From assembly GCA_016744455.1 (NCBI GenBank), contig JADGEI010000013.1:27809-91808 (forward strand): 64,000 nucleotides of DNA, in the 5' to 3' direction. The position numbers were made by a program, and so were the translations under genes. Origin of the DNA: Alcanivoracaceae bacterium (GTDB lineage Bacteria > Pseudomonadota > Gammaproteobacteria > Xanthomonadales > Marinicellaceae). The notes below the pieces were generated by a model. It saw nothing but the letters and a program-made list of their open reading frames with translations, was not told the DNA's origin and searched no databases. Positions 19,081 to 28,432 of this stretch are shown piece by piece (position 1 is the stretch's first letter; every line of letters starts with the position of its first letter).

Positions 19081-19227
19081 TAAATTAGGTTTGAGGTAAC
19101 TGGAAACAGGTTTTAGGTGACAGGTAAAACAATACGGGCGAGAATTATAGTCTCGATTCTGATAGTGCAAAAAAGCGTCGACTAAAGCCGATAATCCATA
19201 TGAGTATAGCTTGATAAACAGATTGTT

Positions 19228-19236
19228 TGGTATAAT
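19228..19236 (+). promoter_or_regulatory. Candidate extended -10 promoter element for the beta-helix gene
   Basis: TGGTATAAT (TGnTATAAT) 55 nt upstream of the ATG at 19291. The context is AT-rich, so chance occurrence is possible. Confidence 0.3.
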
Positions 19237-19290
19237 CAGACCTATAAGCAATTATCACTGTATAATCAAAGAAAACATAATGAGAAGATT

Positions 19291-20556
19291 ATGAAAATAA
19301 TATTGATATTGATTTTAACCAGTACTTTTGTAGTCAAAGCAAGTGTTGTATTTGTGGATAAAAACGCCACAGGCAATAATGACGGCAGCAGTTGGGCTGA
19401 TGCTGTAATCAGTATCAGCCCTGCTGTGACAATAGCAGCAAGTGGCGATGAAATACATATTGCTCAAGGAACCTATCTTGAGGGAATACAAATTGATATA
19501 ACCAAAAGCCTTAGCTTGATTGGAGGTTTTTCAACTGGTGGAGGTGCTCAAAATACGGTTCAATTTGAAACCATAATTAATGGCAATGATAGCCATAGGG
19601 TAATTAATAGTCACACCGCAGGTGGATTAACTATTGTACTGGATGGGTTAACAATCAGGCATGGGAACAGCACCACACTTGGGGGTGGGGTATTGATTGG
19701 TACCAGTATGGGAGTAAATACATTAAGCATAAACAACGTTCAAATAATGAGTAATCAAACAACTCAATATGGAGGTGGAATTTTTGTATCGAATACAAAT
19801 ACAAGTATAACTAAATCATTAATTTTTGGAAATACAGCTTCCTCAATATCTTCTGTTGATGCAAAGGGAGGAGGGATTTACTTTGAAAATAGTGATTTAA
19901 TCATAAGCAATAGCAGGATACTTGGCAATAAATCAGGTTCGTCTAACACGAACAATTCGTATGGTGCTGGAATTTATATCGGCGATCTTGCTAATGTGAA
20001 AATTACGAATAGTGTCATAAATGGTAACAATTTATCCTGTAAACAGGCTTGCAATGGCCTAGCATTTGCATCGGGAAGTGATGTTACCTTAGTAAACAGC
20101 AATGTAACTTTCAACACATATACATCTATATCTTCAGTTATAAATGGCTCAATATTTATGTCTGAAAATACGATTGAATTCTTTAACTCAATCATTTCAC
20201 ATAATAATTTTGATGATATTCATCTAGAAAATGGTGCTGTACAAGTCGTAAATAACAGCTACATTCGCTACGCAAATCCAGTAGGCAACAACAATATTGA
20301 TGCAACGGTTATTGGCTTTGATGCTGGTTTTGTAGGTTCTAATATTAGTAATTTTCATTTGTTATCAACTTCTATCCTTGTAGGTGCTGGTGATGATAGC
20401 TTATTGCCGTTGGATGATTTTGATATTGATAATGATGGTGATTTTGGTGAAACCATACCTTTAGATTTAGATAGTAATTTGAGAATTTCAGGTGCATCAG
20501 TTGATATTGGCGCTTATGAATTTCAAGTATTGGTGTTTTACGATGGGTTTGAGTGA
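19291..20556 (+). CDS. Secreted right-handed parallel beta-helix / polymorphic-membrane-protein-like repeat protein; ends in ...YDGFE
   Basis: Signal peptide MKIILILILTSTFVVKA. Repeated GGG(V/I) ... N motifs (GGGVLIG, GGGIFVSN, GGGIYFEN, GAGIYIGD) with about 22-25 aa spacing. C-terminal DIDNDGD dockerin/Ca-like segment. Confidence 0.75.
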   Translation: MKIILILILTSTFVVKASVVFVDKNATGNNDGSSWADAVISISPAVTIAASGDEIHIAQGTYLEGIQIDITKSLSLIGGFSTGGGAQNTVQFETIINGNDSHRVINSHTAGGLTIVLDGLTIRHGNSTTLGGGVLIGTSMGVNTLSINNVQIMSNQTTQYGGGIFVSNTNTSITKSLIFGNTASSISSVDAKGGGIYFENSDLIISNSRILGNKSGSSNTNNSYGAGIYIGDLANVKITNSVINGNNLSCKQACNGLAFASGSDVTLVNSNVTFNTYTSISSVINGSIFMSENTIEFFNSIISHNNFDDIHLENGAVQVVNNSYIRYANPVGNNNIDATVIGFDAGFVGSNISNFHLLSTSILVGAGDDSLLPLDDFDIDNDGDFGETIPLDLDSNLRISGASVDIGAYEFQVLVFYDGFE

Positions 20557-20677
20557 TGAATGAGGATAGGGTTTTAGGTAACAGATTATAGATTGTAAAG
20601 AACAGAAGAGTTTGGAATCGGGGCTTTAGTCCTGTTTTCTCATTGATTTTGGCGCGATTTAAGTAGCGATTCCGGCA

Positions 20678-20704
20678 TTCAAAAGGGCTCTATTTAAGCC
20701 CTTT
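20678..20704 (-). terminator. Rho-independent terminator of etfBA
   Basis: Stem AAAGGGCT / AGCCCTTT with a 7-nt loop. On the minus strand it is followed by TTTTGAA, 35 nt after the etfA stop. Confidence 0.6.
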
Positions 20705-20737
20705 CTAATATATTCGTGCTGTTACAGGTGGCAAAAA

Positions 20738-21673
20738 TCAAAGTTTTTCCATTAATTCTGGAACAATTTTAAATAAATCACCAACGAGTCCAATATCAGC
20801 AACTTCGTAAATTGGAGCATCACCGTCTTTATTAATGGCTACAATTGTACCGGCATCTTTTATCCCTGTTAAGTGCTGTATTGCACCTGAAATACCAAAC
20901 GACATGTAGAGTTCTGGAGCTATGATTTTACCCGTTTGGCCGACTTGCATTTCATTAGGGCAATAGCCTGCGTCAACGGCAGCGCGTGATGCACCTGTTG
21001 CAGCACCGATTTTATCAGCAAGGTTGTACATTAGTTCAAAATTCTCTTCACTGCCTAATCCTCGACCACCTGATATAACTTTGGCTGCAGTTTGTAAATC
21101 AGGGCGTTCTGTATTGCCTGATTGTAGTTCAATAAATTTAGTGTCAGTTTGTGTATTGCTATTTTCATGATTTTGGATAGTAGCAGATCCAGTAGTCATG
21201 TCGTTTGTTTTAAATGAAGCAGTACGTATTGTTGCAACAATTTTGTCTTGTGGGGCGTTGACAGTAATGACTGCATTACCTGCATAGATAGGGCGCTTAA
21301 ATGTTTTGGCATCAATAACCTGCATTACGTCGCTTATTTGATTTAAACCGAGTATGGCAGCAATACAAGGCATGACATCTTTACCAAATGTGGTTGATGG
21401 GCCAAATACATGAGTGTATTCAGATGCTAATTCAGCAATTTTAGTTGAAATGCCTGTAGCGAGTTTCCATTGATTGCTTTCTGTTGATACAGCATGTACC
21501 GTATGAACATCGGCTAATTTGCATGCTTGTGTAGCTATTGTGTCGATATTATCTGAAAAAACTATCAAATCTATTGACGCTCCTTCAATTTGTTTTGCAG
21601 CAGTTACCGCTTTGGCTGTAGCTTGATTGATTGTAACACCGTCATGTTGTGCTAATATAAGTATTTTGCTCAT
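20738..21673 (-). CDS. etfA: Electron transfer flavoprotein alpha subunit
   Basis: 311 aa. FAD-binding C-terminal region VISGGRGLGS...MQVGQTGKIIAPELYMSFGISGAIQHLTG. Confidence 0.9.
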   Translation of the reverse strand: MSKILILAQHDGVTINQATAKAVTAAKQIEGASIDLIVFSDNIDTIATQACKLADVHTVHAVSTESNQWKLATGISTKIAELASEYTHVFGPSTTFGKDVMPCIAAILGLNQISDVMQVIDAKTFKRPIYAGNAVITVNAPQDKIVATIRTASFKTNDMTTGSATIQNHENSNTQTDTKFIELQSGNTERPDLQTAAKVISGGRGLGSEENFELMYNLADKIGAATGASRAAVDAGYCPNEMQVGQTGKIIAPELYMSFGISGAIQHLTGIKDAGTIVAINKDGDAPIYEVADIGLVGDLFKIVPELMEKL

Positions 21674-22422
21674 TATGCTAACCCCTTCTCTTTTAGTAAT
21701 GCGACTAACTCATCTACTGATTCAACCATTATGCCTTTTTGGCGTGCCTGTGGTGTTTCATATTTTTGAATAGTTAATTCTTTATCTTCAAAACCTGATA
21801 GGGTTTCATCTATTGCAATTATATCTAATGGTTTTCTTTTGGCTTTCATGATATCTGGTAATTTAACAAAACGAGGTTCATTTAGCCTTAAATCTGTAGA
21901 AATCACTGCAGGTAACCTCACTTCTATGGTTTCTAGTCCTTCATCAACTTCTCTCGTGGCAAGTAAAGTGTCGTCGTTAATTTCAAGTTTAGATACAAAT
22001 GTAGCTTGTGGACGTTTCCATAAAGTAGCTAACATTTGTGGTGTTTGATTGTTATCACCATCAATGGCTTGTTTCCCCATGATAACCATGCCAGGCTGTT
22101 CTTTTTCAACTACATTTAAGAGGCTTGTTGCAGCTTTTAATGATTGAAGTTCACTTTCTGTTTCAATTAGAATTGCACGATCTGCTCCCATAGCTAAGGC
22201 TGTGCGTAATTGTTGTTGTGCAGAATTGTTTCCAATTGTTACAACGATAACTTCATCAGCTTTGCCTGCTTCTTTAATTCGTAGTGCTTCTTCAACAGCG
22301 ATTTCGTCAAATGGATTGATGCTCATTTTGACACCATCAGTGGCCACGCCACTTCCATCAGGTTTAACTTGTACGCGCACATTGAAGTCAACAACACGTT
22401 TAATAGCGACCAATATTTTCAT
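21673..22422 (-). CDS. etfB: Electron transfer flavoprotein beta subunit
   Basis: MKILVAIKRVVDFNVRVQVKPDG... typical EtfB N-terminus. Its stop overlaps the etfA start (TAATG). Confidence 0.9.
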   Translation of the reverse strand: MKILVAIKRVVDFNVRVQVKPDGSGVATDGVKMSINPFDEIAVEEALRIKEAGKADEVIVVTIGNNSAQQQLRTALAMGADRAILIETESELQSLKAATSLLNVVEKEQPGMVIMGKQAIDGDNNQTPQMLATLWKRPQATFVSKLEINDDTLLATREVDEGLETIEVRLPAVISTDLRLNEPRFVKLPDIMKAKRKPLDIIAIDETLSGFEDKELTIQKYETPQARQKGIMVESVDELVALLKEKGLA

Positions 22423-22592
22423 ATGTATTTTCTCGAATAAATTAGATTTTTTTACTTTGACTATAAGTTACTTGATCTTATAGATTAGATTTGTTGCAAT
22501 TATATCATTTGATGATGATAAAGCCACTAATTATGCGAATTATACTTTAAGTCTATGTGGAGTTTTTGGTATAATTTTCGCTAATAAAAATA

Positions 22593-23405
22593 ATGGGCAA
22601 AGATATGAAATTGGTTTTTCCACATAAAGAGCACAAAGATTTTGAATTAATAGGTGATAAATTTACCATTGGTAAATCTGATGATGCGGACATCCAGATT
22701 GATGCTATAGGGATGAGTGACGTGCATGCAACCTTAACTCAAGATGGCCAGGATTTTTCATTGATTATTGAAAACCCAGCTGCTATGGCATCAGTAAATG
22801 GTCGTTTGGTTAAAGGAGAAAAGGAAGTCAGGGAAGGTGACTTGATGATTATTGCCCAAGTGCATTGTAAAATTGTTGGTGAAACAAAAGTGCAAGCAGA
22901 TGATAACCGTACTCGTATTCGAATGGCTTTGCCTAAATATGTTCTTCGAGGTGTATCAGGTGTTTATTTTGGAAAGACGTTTCCATTGCGAGGTAAAACC
23001 AGTCTTGGAAGACATTCCGATAATGATATATTTGTAAATGTTGATGGGATTTCACGGAAACATGCTGTGATTTCGGTTGTTGCAGATGGATTGGAAATAG
23101 AAGATTTAGGATCATCTAATGGTACATATGTTAATGGGGAAAAGATTAGCACAGAGTCAATAGATATCGGTGATGAAGTTAAATTGGACAATATTCGTTT
23201 TTTAATTCAGTCACCAGGTATGCCAGATAAAACGCCAAAACAAAAAGGAAATTCTACTCAAAAAACCGAAGTAAGTACACCAGTCTTGCAACCTCAATCA
23301 GGTTCAACTGGATCAGGGCTAAAGTGGGTTGTATCAATTTTAGTATTAACGGGGGCGGCTGTAGCAGGTGCTTGGTATATGGGGTACTTAGATAAGTTTT
23401 TATAA
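22593..23405 (+). CDS. Tail-anchored protein with two FHA domains
   Basis: FHA-like 1: FTIGKSDDADIQIDAIGMSDVHATL. FHA 2: SLGRHSDNDIFVNVDGISRKHAVISV...GSSNGTYVNGEKI. Then an S/T/P/Q-rich linker and a C-terminal TM segment WVVSILVLTGAAVAGAWYMGYL. An alternative ATG lies at 22605. Confidence 0.75.
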   Translation: MGKDMKLVFPHKEHKDFELIGDKFTIGKSDDADIQIDAIGMSDVHATLTQDGQDFSLIIENPAAMASVNGRLVKGEKEVREGDLMIIAQVHCKIVGETKVQADDNRTRIRMALPKYVLRGVSGVYFGKTFPLRGKTSLGRHSDNDIFVNVDGISRKHAVISVVADGLEIEDLGSSNGTYVNGEKISTESIDIGDEVKLDNIRFLIQSPGMPDKTPKQKGNSTQKTEVSTPVLQPQSGSTGSGLKWVVSILVLTGAAVAGAWYMGYLDKFL

Positions 23406-23409
23406 TAAT

Positions 23410-24750
23410 ATGACAATGAATAACGATAATATCACAGTAGAACAAGTTCAAGAGCACTTGAAAAAAGGTCACTTTAATGAAGCAATTGGTGTTGCAAAAC
23501 AAATATTAGATACTAACCCAAATGATGTTTTCTGTTTGTCTATCGTTGCTCAGAATGATTTTAATCAAGGGAATTTTGAAGAAGCTACAAACAATTTGAA
23601 AAAAGCACTTGATTTAAAGCCGAAGGAACTAAATTTAAATAGAAATTTAGGAATAATTTATAATAAACAAGGGAAATTTAAAGAGTCAGTCGAAGCATTT
23701 TCTCAAGGTATAGAAAATAACAAAGAGCATCCGGGGATATTGTTAGACGTTCTTTTATTAGGTATTTCTATGGATAAGATATCAAAGCCTAAAGCAGCTA
23801 GAATAATCGAATTTGTCTTTCATAAGGCAAAAAAATTACGTTCAGCCTATATGAATCGTCAAGAACTACCCTTTATTGCAGAAACATCTATGATTGGAAA
23901 TGGGATTATTCGAGATGCTCGATTTGCTCTGCAAAAACAAGCAGTCGATGAAATATCTTTAGGGTTTGAAGAGGGTGAAAAATCAAGACTCTATGATTTT
24001 TTAGATTCGTTTCATGGCTTACAACAACCTAAATACGCACACGAACAACAAAAGCCATCTTATCATGTTTTTCCAGATTTAGAGCCTATAACTTTTTATA
24101 ATAATGAGCAGTTTTCTTGGGTAAAATTATTAGAAGAAAACGCTGATGAAATTAAAAATGAACTCAATCAGCTGTATTTAAATAATGTGGAGATCAAGCC
24201 TTATGTGTCTGGAAGTTCAACAACTGGGAATACAGGGTTAGATGTGTTGGTTGATTCACTTGATTGGTCTTCTATCCATTTAATTCAGGCAGGCAATTAT
24301 AAAAATGACATATTAGATAAATGCCCTATTACTCACAGTATTTTAAAGCAATTACCTATGCCTGTTTTAGCTGGTAATGGACCTGAAGTTTTTCTTTCTG
24401 TTCTAAAACCAGGAACAGAAATCAAGCCACATTATGGTCTGTCTAACATTAAGCTAACTGTTCACCTTGGCCTAGAAATTCCCGATAATTGTGCCATTAA
24501 AGTAGGTAATGATATACAAAGTTGGTCTAATGGCAAAGTTACTGTTTTTGATGATAGCTTTGAACATTCTGCTTGGAATCGATCTGATGAAGAACGAAAA
24601 GTGTTGATTATTGAGGTATGGAACCCTTATTTGTCACCTCTTGAAATTCAAGGCATACAAAAAATTATGGAGCTTCAACACAATACATCACTGGTTGCTC
24701 AAACCGACAACCTAGAGACGCTTGTTTTTAATTCTGACTTATTAGCATAA
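23410..24750 (+). CDS. TPR-repeat protein fused to an aspartyl/asparaginyl beta-hydroxylase-type 2OG/Fe(II) oxygenase domain
   Basis: N-terminal TPR-like helices (HFNEAIGVAKQILDTNPND..., FEEATNNLKKALDLKP). C-terminal Asp_Arg_Hydrox signature FPDLEPITFY...KPHYGLSNIKLTVHLGLEIP...VFDDSFEHSAWN. Begins 4 nt after the FHA gene stop. Confidence 0.75.
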   Translation: MTMNNDNITVEQVQEHLKKGHFNEAIGVAKQILDTNPNDVFCLSIVAQNDFNQGNFEEATNNLKKALDLKPKELNLNRNLGIIYNKQGKFKESVEAFSQGIENNKEHPGILLDVLLLGISMDKISKPKAARIIEFVFHKAKKLRSAYMNRQELPFIAETSMIGNGIIRDARFALQKQAVDEISLGFEEGEKSRLYDFLDSFHGLQQPKYAHEQQKPSYHVFPDLEPITFYNNEQFSWVKLLEENADEIKNELNQLYLNNVEIKPYVSGSSTTGNTGLDVLVDSLDWSSIHLIQAGNYKNDILDKCPITHSILKQLPMPVLAGNGPEVFLSVLKPGTEIKPHYGLSNIKLTVHLGLEIPDNCAIKVGNDIQSWSNGKVTVFDDSFEHSAWNRSDEERKVLIIEVWNPYLSPLEIQGIQKIMELQHNTSLVAQTDNLETLVFNSDLLA

Positions 24751-24830
24751 TTTTCAATTTAAAAATTGGAAATTTTAATCTAATATAGTCTGTTTTTGTC
24801 AACACGATAAATCTGAGGGGATTTTAGTTA

Positions 24831-26603
24831 ATGAAAGAAACCAATATAAAAGATTACAACTATTTTCATAAAGTAATTGATTGCCAGTACGCCTGTCCAG
24901 CTCATACACCAGTTCCTGAATACATTCGTATGATTGCTGCAGGTAGGTACGATGATGCTTATATGATTAATTGGGAATCAAATGTATTTCCAGGTGTATT
25001 GGGCCGTACTTGTGATCGGCCTTGTGAACCTGCATGCCGACGAGGTAGAGTAGATGAAGAGCCTGTAGCTATTTGTCGATTAAAGAGAGTAGCGGCAGAT
25101 AATAAAAATAATATTACAAATCGTTTGCCTAAAATCCCTAGCCAAAAAAACGGCAAAAAAATCGCCCTCATTGGTGGAGGACCCGCCTCTTTAACAGTTG
25201 CCAGAGATTTAATGCCACTAGGTTATGATGTTGAATTATATGACGATCAGTTTAAGGCAGGTGGTTTTATGCGAAGTCAAATTCCATCATTTAGATTGCC
25301 TGAAACTGTATTGGATGAAGAGGTTAACTATATTCTAGATATGGGTGTAACAACACATCTTAAAGAAACGGTTACTAGTTTGAAGTCAATGTTAGATAAA
25401 GACTATGATGCTATATTTATTGGCACTGGTGCACCAAGAGCGAGAGATTTACCTAAACTAGAAGGAAGAAAAACAGCGGATGCTAATGTGCATTTAGGCA
25501 TTGATTGGTTGGCCAATGTTGCATTTGAACATACTGAAGAAATAGGAAAAAAGGTATTGGTACTTGGTGGTGGTAATACAGCAATGGACTGTTGTCGAAC
25601 AGCAAGGCGTATTGGCGGTATAGACGTGAGAATTGTTGTGCGATCACCAAAGGCTGATATGAAAGCATCACCTTGGGAAATTGAAGATGCCGAACATGAA
25701 GGCATTCCAATGTATGAAAACCATGTTCCCAAAGCCTTTGTTTGTGAAAAAGGAAAATTAGTGGGTATGACTTTTGAGCGTGTAAAGGCAGAATACGCAG
25801 AAAATGGCAGGAGAACATTAGTACCAACAGGTGAACCAGATGTCTTAATGGAATGTGATGATGTACTGATGGCATTAGGGCAAATGAATGCTTTTCCTTG
25901 GATTGAACGTGATTTAGGTATTGAGTTTAATGATTGGGATATGCCTGAAGTTGATAAAACTACATTTCAAACATCATTAAGTAATGTTTTTGTTGGTGGA
26001 GATGCAGCTTGGGGACCTGAAAATGTGATTACAGCTGTTGCCCATGGTCATCAAGCAGCTATATCTATTGATAAATTCTGCAAAGATGAAGATACGTCTA
26101 AACGCCCAATACCTGGCACGACTCTAATTAGTCAAAAGATGGGCTTTCATGATTGGTTATATAATGCACCAGTTTCGGATGATTTGCGTTATGTAGTCCC
26201 ACAAGTTGATACCGATTTAGCTTTATCAAACAGGAAAATAGAAGTCGAGAAAGGCTTCACTTTAGAACAAGGTTTGAAAGAAGTGCAAAGGTGCCTGAAT
26301 TGTGATGTTCAGACAGTTTTTACTCAAGATTTATGTATTGAATGCGATGCTTGTGAAGATATTTGCCCAACTAATTGCATTAATTTTGTTGATAATGCAG
26401 ATGAAGATATTTTGCGCAACAATCTAAAAATGCCTGCAGATAATTTAGAGCAAAGTCTGCAAGTTTCGGGTGAATTAAAAACTAAAAGAGTTATGGTAAA
26501 AGATGAAAATGTTTGTTTACATTGTGGTTTATGTTCAGAACGCTGTCCAACTGGGGCTTGGGATATGCGTAAATTTCTTCTTAATGAAGCAAAGGCAGGT
26601 TGA
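24831..26603 (+). CDS. GltD/NfnB-like NAD(P)H-dependent FAD oxidoreductase fused to a 2x[4Fe-4S] ferredoxin domain
   Basis: N-terminal Fe-S region CQYACPAHTPVPEY...CDRPCEPACRRG. Dinucleotide folds IALIGGGPASL and VLVLGGGNTAMDC. C-terminal CIECDACEDICPTNC and CLHCGLCSERCPTGA. Confidence 0.8.
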   Translation: MKETNIKDYNYFHKVIDCQYACPAHTPVPEYIRMIAAGRYDDAYMINWESNVFPGVLGRTCDRPCEPACRRGRVDEEPVAICRLKRVAADNKNNITNRLPKIPSQKNGKKIALIGGGPASLTVARDLMPLGYDVELYDDQFKAGGFMRSQIPSFRLPETVLDEEVNYILDMGVTTHLKETVTSLKSMLDKDYDAIFIGTGAPRARDLPKLEGRKTADANVHLGIDWLANVAFEHTEEIGKKVLVLGGGNTAMDCCRTARRIGGIDVRIVVRSPKADMKASPWEIEDAEHEGIPMYENHVPKAFVCEKGKLVGMTFERVKAEYAENGRRTLVPTGEPDVLMECDDVLMALGQMNAFPWIERDLGIEFNDWDMPEVDKTTFQTSLSNVFVGGDAAWGPENVITAVAHGHQAAISIDKFCKDEDTSKRPIPGTTLISQKMGFHDWLYNAPVSDDLRYVVPQVDTDLALSNRKIEVEKGFTLEQGLKEVQRCLNCDVQTVFTQDLCIECDACEDICPTNCINFVDNADEDILRNNLKMPADNLEQSLQVSGELKTKRVMVKDENVCLHCGLCSERCPTGAWDMRKFLLNEAKAG

Positions 26604-26605
26604 TT

Positions 26606-28432
26606 ATGAATAAGATTAAAACAATCAATGATTTTGTCATTCTATTTGCAAATATAAATGGCTCAGGTTCAGCATCTGCCAATAATTTATTTGCAAAAGC
26701 TGTCTTTCGTTTGGGTATACCTGTCTCAGCTAAAAACATTTTTCCATCTAATATCCAAGGATTGCCCACTTGGTTTGAGGTTCGCATTAGTGAGAAAGGC
26801 TATCTAGGTAGAAGAGCTGGCTATGATTTTGTTGTCGCTACAAATGGACAAACCATTGCTAAAGATTATAATGAATTGGCTACTGGAGGGTATTTTTTTT
26901 ATGATTCATCGAGAAGACTTCCTGACAACTTAAATCGCGACGATATAACAGAAATTGGCATTCCACTTACTACTATTTGTAATGAAAATTATAGTAATCC
27001 ACGTTTACGTCAAATATTTAAAAACATTATTTACGTTGGTGCATTGGCTTATTTATTTGATATGGATTTTACTGTTTTTGAAGATTCCATTAAAACTCAG
27101 TTCGTTAAAAAAGCTAAATTGATAGAGCCAAATATTAAGGCACTAAAACTTGGGTTTAATTATGCCAAGGAACATTATAGTAATGCTTGTGAAATTAAAA
27201 TTCAGAGACGTGACCTTGTTGGTGACAAAATAATGATGGAAGGTAATGCTGCAATAGGTCTTGGTGCTGTATATGCTGGCGCGACAGTGGCGGGTTGGTA
27301 TCCTATTACACCATCGACTTCAGTGATAGAAGCTTTTGAAAAATATTGCCATATTTACCGTAAAGATCAAGAAACAGGTAAAAATAAATTTGCGATTGTA
27401 CAAGCTGAAGATGAGCTTGCTGCAATTGGTATTGTGATTGGTGCGGCATGGAATGGAGCACGTTCATTTACAGCAACATCTGGACCTGGAGTTTCGTTAA
27501 TGGGTGAGTTTTTAGGCTTGGCTTATTTTGCGGAAATTCCAGTATTTTTGGCGGATATTCAGCGCTCAGGCCCTAGTACAGGGATGCCTACAAGAACCCA
27601 GCAATCTGATTTGTTGTCAACAGCTTATCTATCACATGGAGATACTAAAAACGTTCTCTTGTTTCCTTCTACACCAACTGAATGTTTTGAAATGACTGTG
27701 ATGGGTATGGATTTATCCGAAAGGTTACAAACCCCGGTTATTATGATGAGTGATTTAGATCTTGGAATGAACACTCATATGACCGATAAGATTGAATGGG
27801 ACGATAATCAGACTTATGACCGAGGAAAAGTTTTGGATTATGATGACTTGGAAAATAGAAAAGAGCGTTGGGGAAGATATGTAGATGTTGATGGTGATGG
27901 TATTCCGTATCGTACAATTCCCGGGACTCACCCTACAAAAGGGTCGTACTTTACTCGAGGTTCATCCCATGATGAATTTGCTGCTTATACAGAAGATGGA
28001 GAAATTTATGCAAAAGGAATGTATCGATTATTGAAAAAATGGGAAACTGCAAAAGAGATGGTTCCAAAAGCATCGGTTCATATGGCTGACAATGATTTTG
28101 GCGTTATTTACTATGGTACAAGTAGTTATTCTGCTAAAGAAGCTGAAGCTATTTTAGCAGAAAATGGCATAAAATTTGATGAATTGCGTATTAAGGCTTT
28201 TCCTTTTGGAAAAGAAGTTGAAAAGTTTGTAAAGTCTCATTCTAAAATATATGTTATTGAACAAAATCGTGACGCTCAAATGAAAACATTGCTTGTTAAT
28301 GAATTACAAGTTGATCCAAGTATATTTATCCCAGTGACGAACATTGATGGAATGCCGATTACTGCCCAGTATATTGCAGATATTATTCTTGATTCGTTAA
28401 ATAATTCCCCTAAACTTGAGGTGGTAAAATGA
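26606..28432 (+). CDS. korA: 2-oxoacid:ferredoxin (acceptor) oxidoreductase alpha subunit (gamma+alpha fusion type)
   Basis: N-terminal gamma-like domain (ILFANINGSGSASANNLFAKA) followed by the alpha domain (MEGNAAIGLGAVYAGATVAGWYPITPST). ATG is 3 nt after the upstream stop; a TTG at 26600 is an alternative start. Confidence 0.8.
   Translation: MNKIKTINDFVILFANINGSGSASANNLFAKAVFRLGIPVSAKNIFPSNIQGLPTWFEVRISEKGYLGRRAGYDFVVATNGQTIAKDYNELATGGYFFYDSSRRLPDNLNRDDITEIGIPLTTICNENYSNPRLRQIFKNIIYVGALAYLFDMDFTVFEDSIKTQFVKKAKLIEPNIKALKLGFNYAKEHYSNACEIKIQRRDLVGDKIMMEGNAAIGLGAVYAGATVAGWYPITPSTSVIEAFEKYCHIYRKDQETGKNKFAIVQAEDELAAIGIVIGAAWNGARSFTATSGPGVSLMGEFLGLAYFAEIPVFLADIQRSGPSTGMPTRTQQSDLLSTAYLSHGDTKNVLLFPSTPTECFEMTVMGMDLSERLQTPVIMMSDLDLGMNTHMTDKIEWDDNQTYDRGKVLDYDDLENRKERWGRYVDVDGDGIPYRTIPGTHPTKGSYFTRGSSHDEFAAYTEDGEIYAKGMYRLLKKWETAKEMVPKASVHMADNDFGVIYYGTSSYSAKEAEAILAENGIKFDELRIKAFPFGKEVEKFVKSHSKIYVIEQNRDAQMKTLLVNELQVDPSIFIPVTNIDGMPITAQYIADIILDSLNNSPKLEVVK

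Noticed and set aside
20621-20690. Possible second copy of the 49.3-kb inverted-repeat element (shared GGAATCG and TTGATTT-GGCG strings; 7-bp inverted repeat GGAATCG/CGATTCC)
   Set aside because: Aligned by eye, the shared strings have different spacing (13 versus 22 nt) and the 19-bp arms of the 49.3-kb element are absent. The similarity is too weak to call a repeat family.
23410-24750. Idea that the Asp/Asn beta-hydroxylase-type enzyme modifies the conserved D/N of the FE tag
   Set aside because: The tag does not resemble the EGF-type hydroxylation consensus (C-x-D/N-x4-F/Y-x-C). The enzyme has no export signal while the tagged proteins are Sec substrates, and the genes are not adjacent. 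It is kept only as a testable aside.
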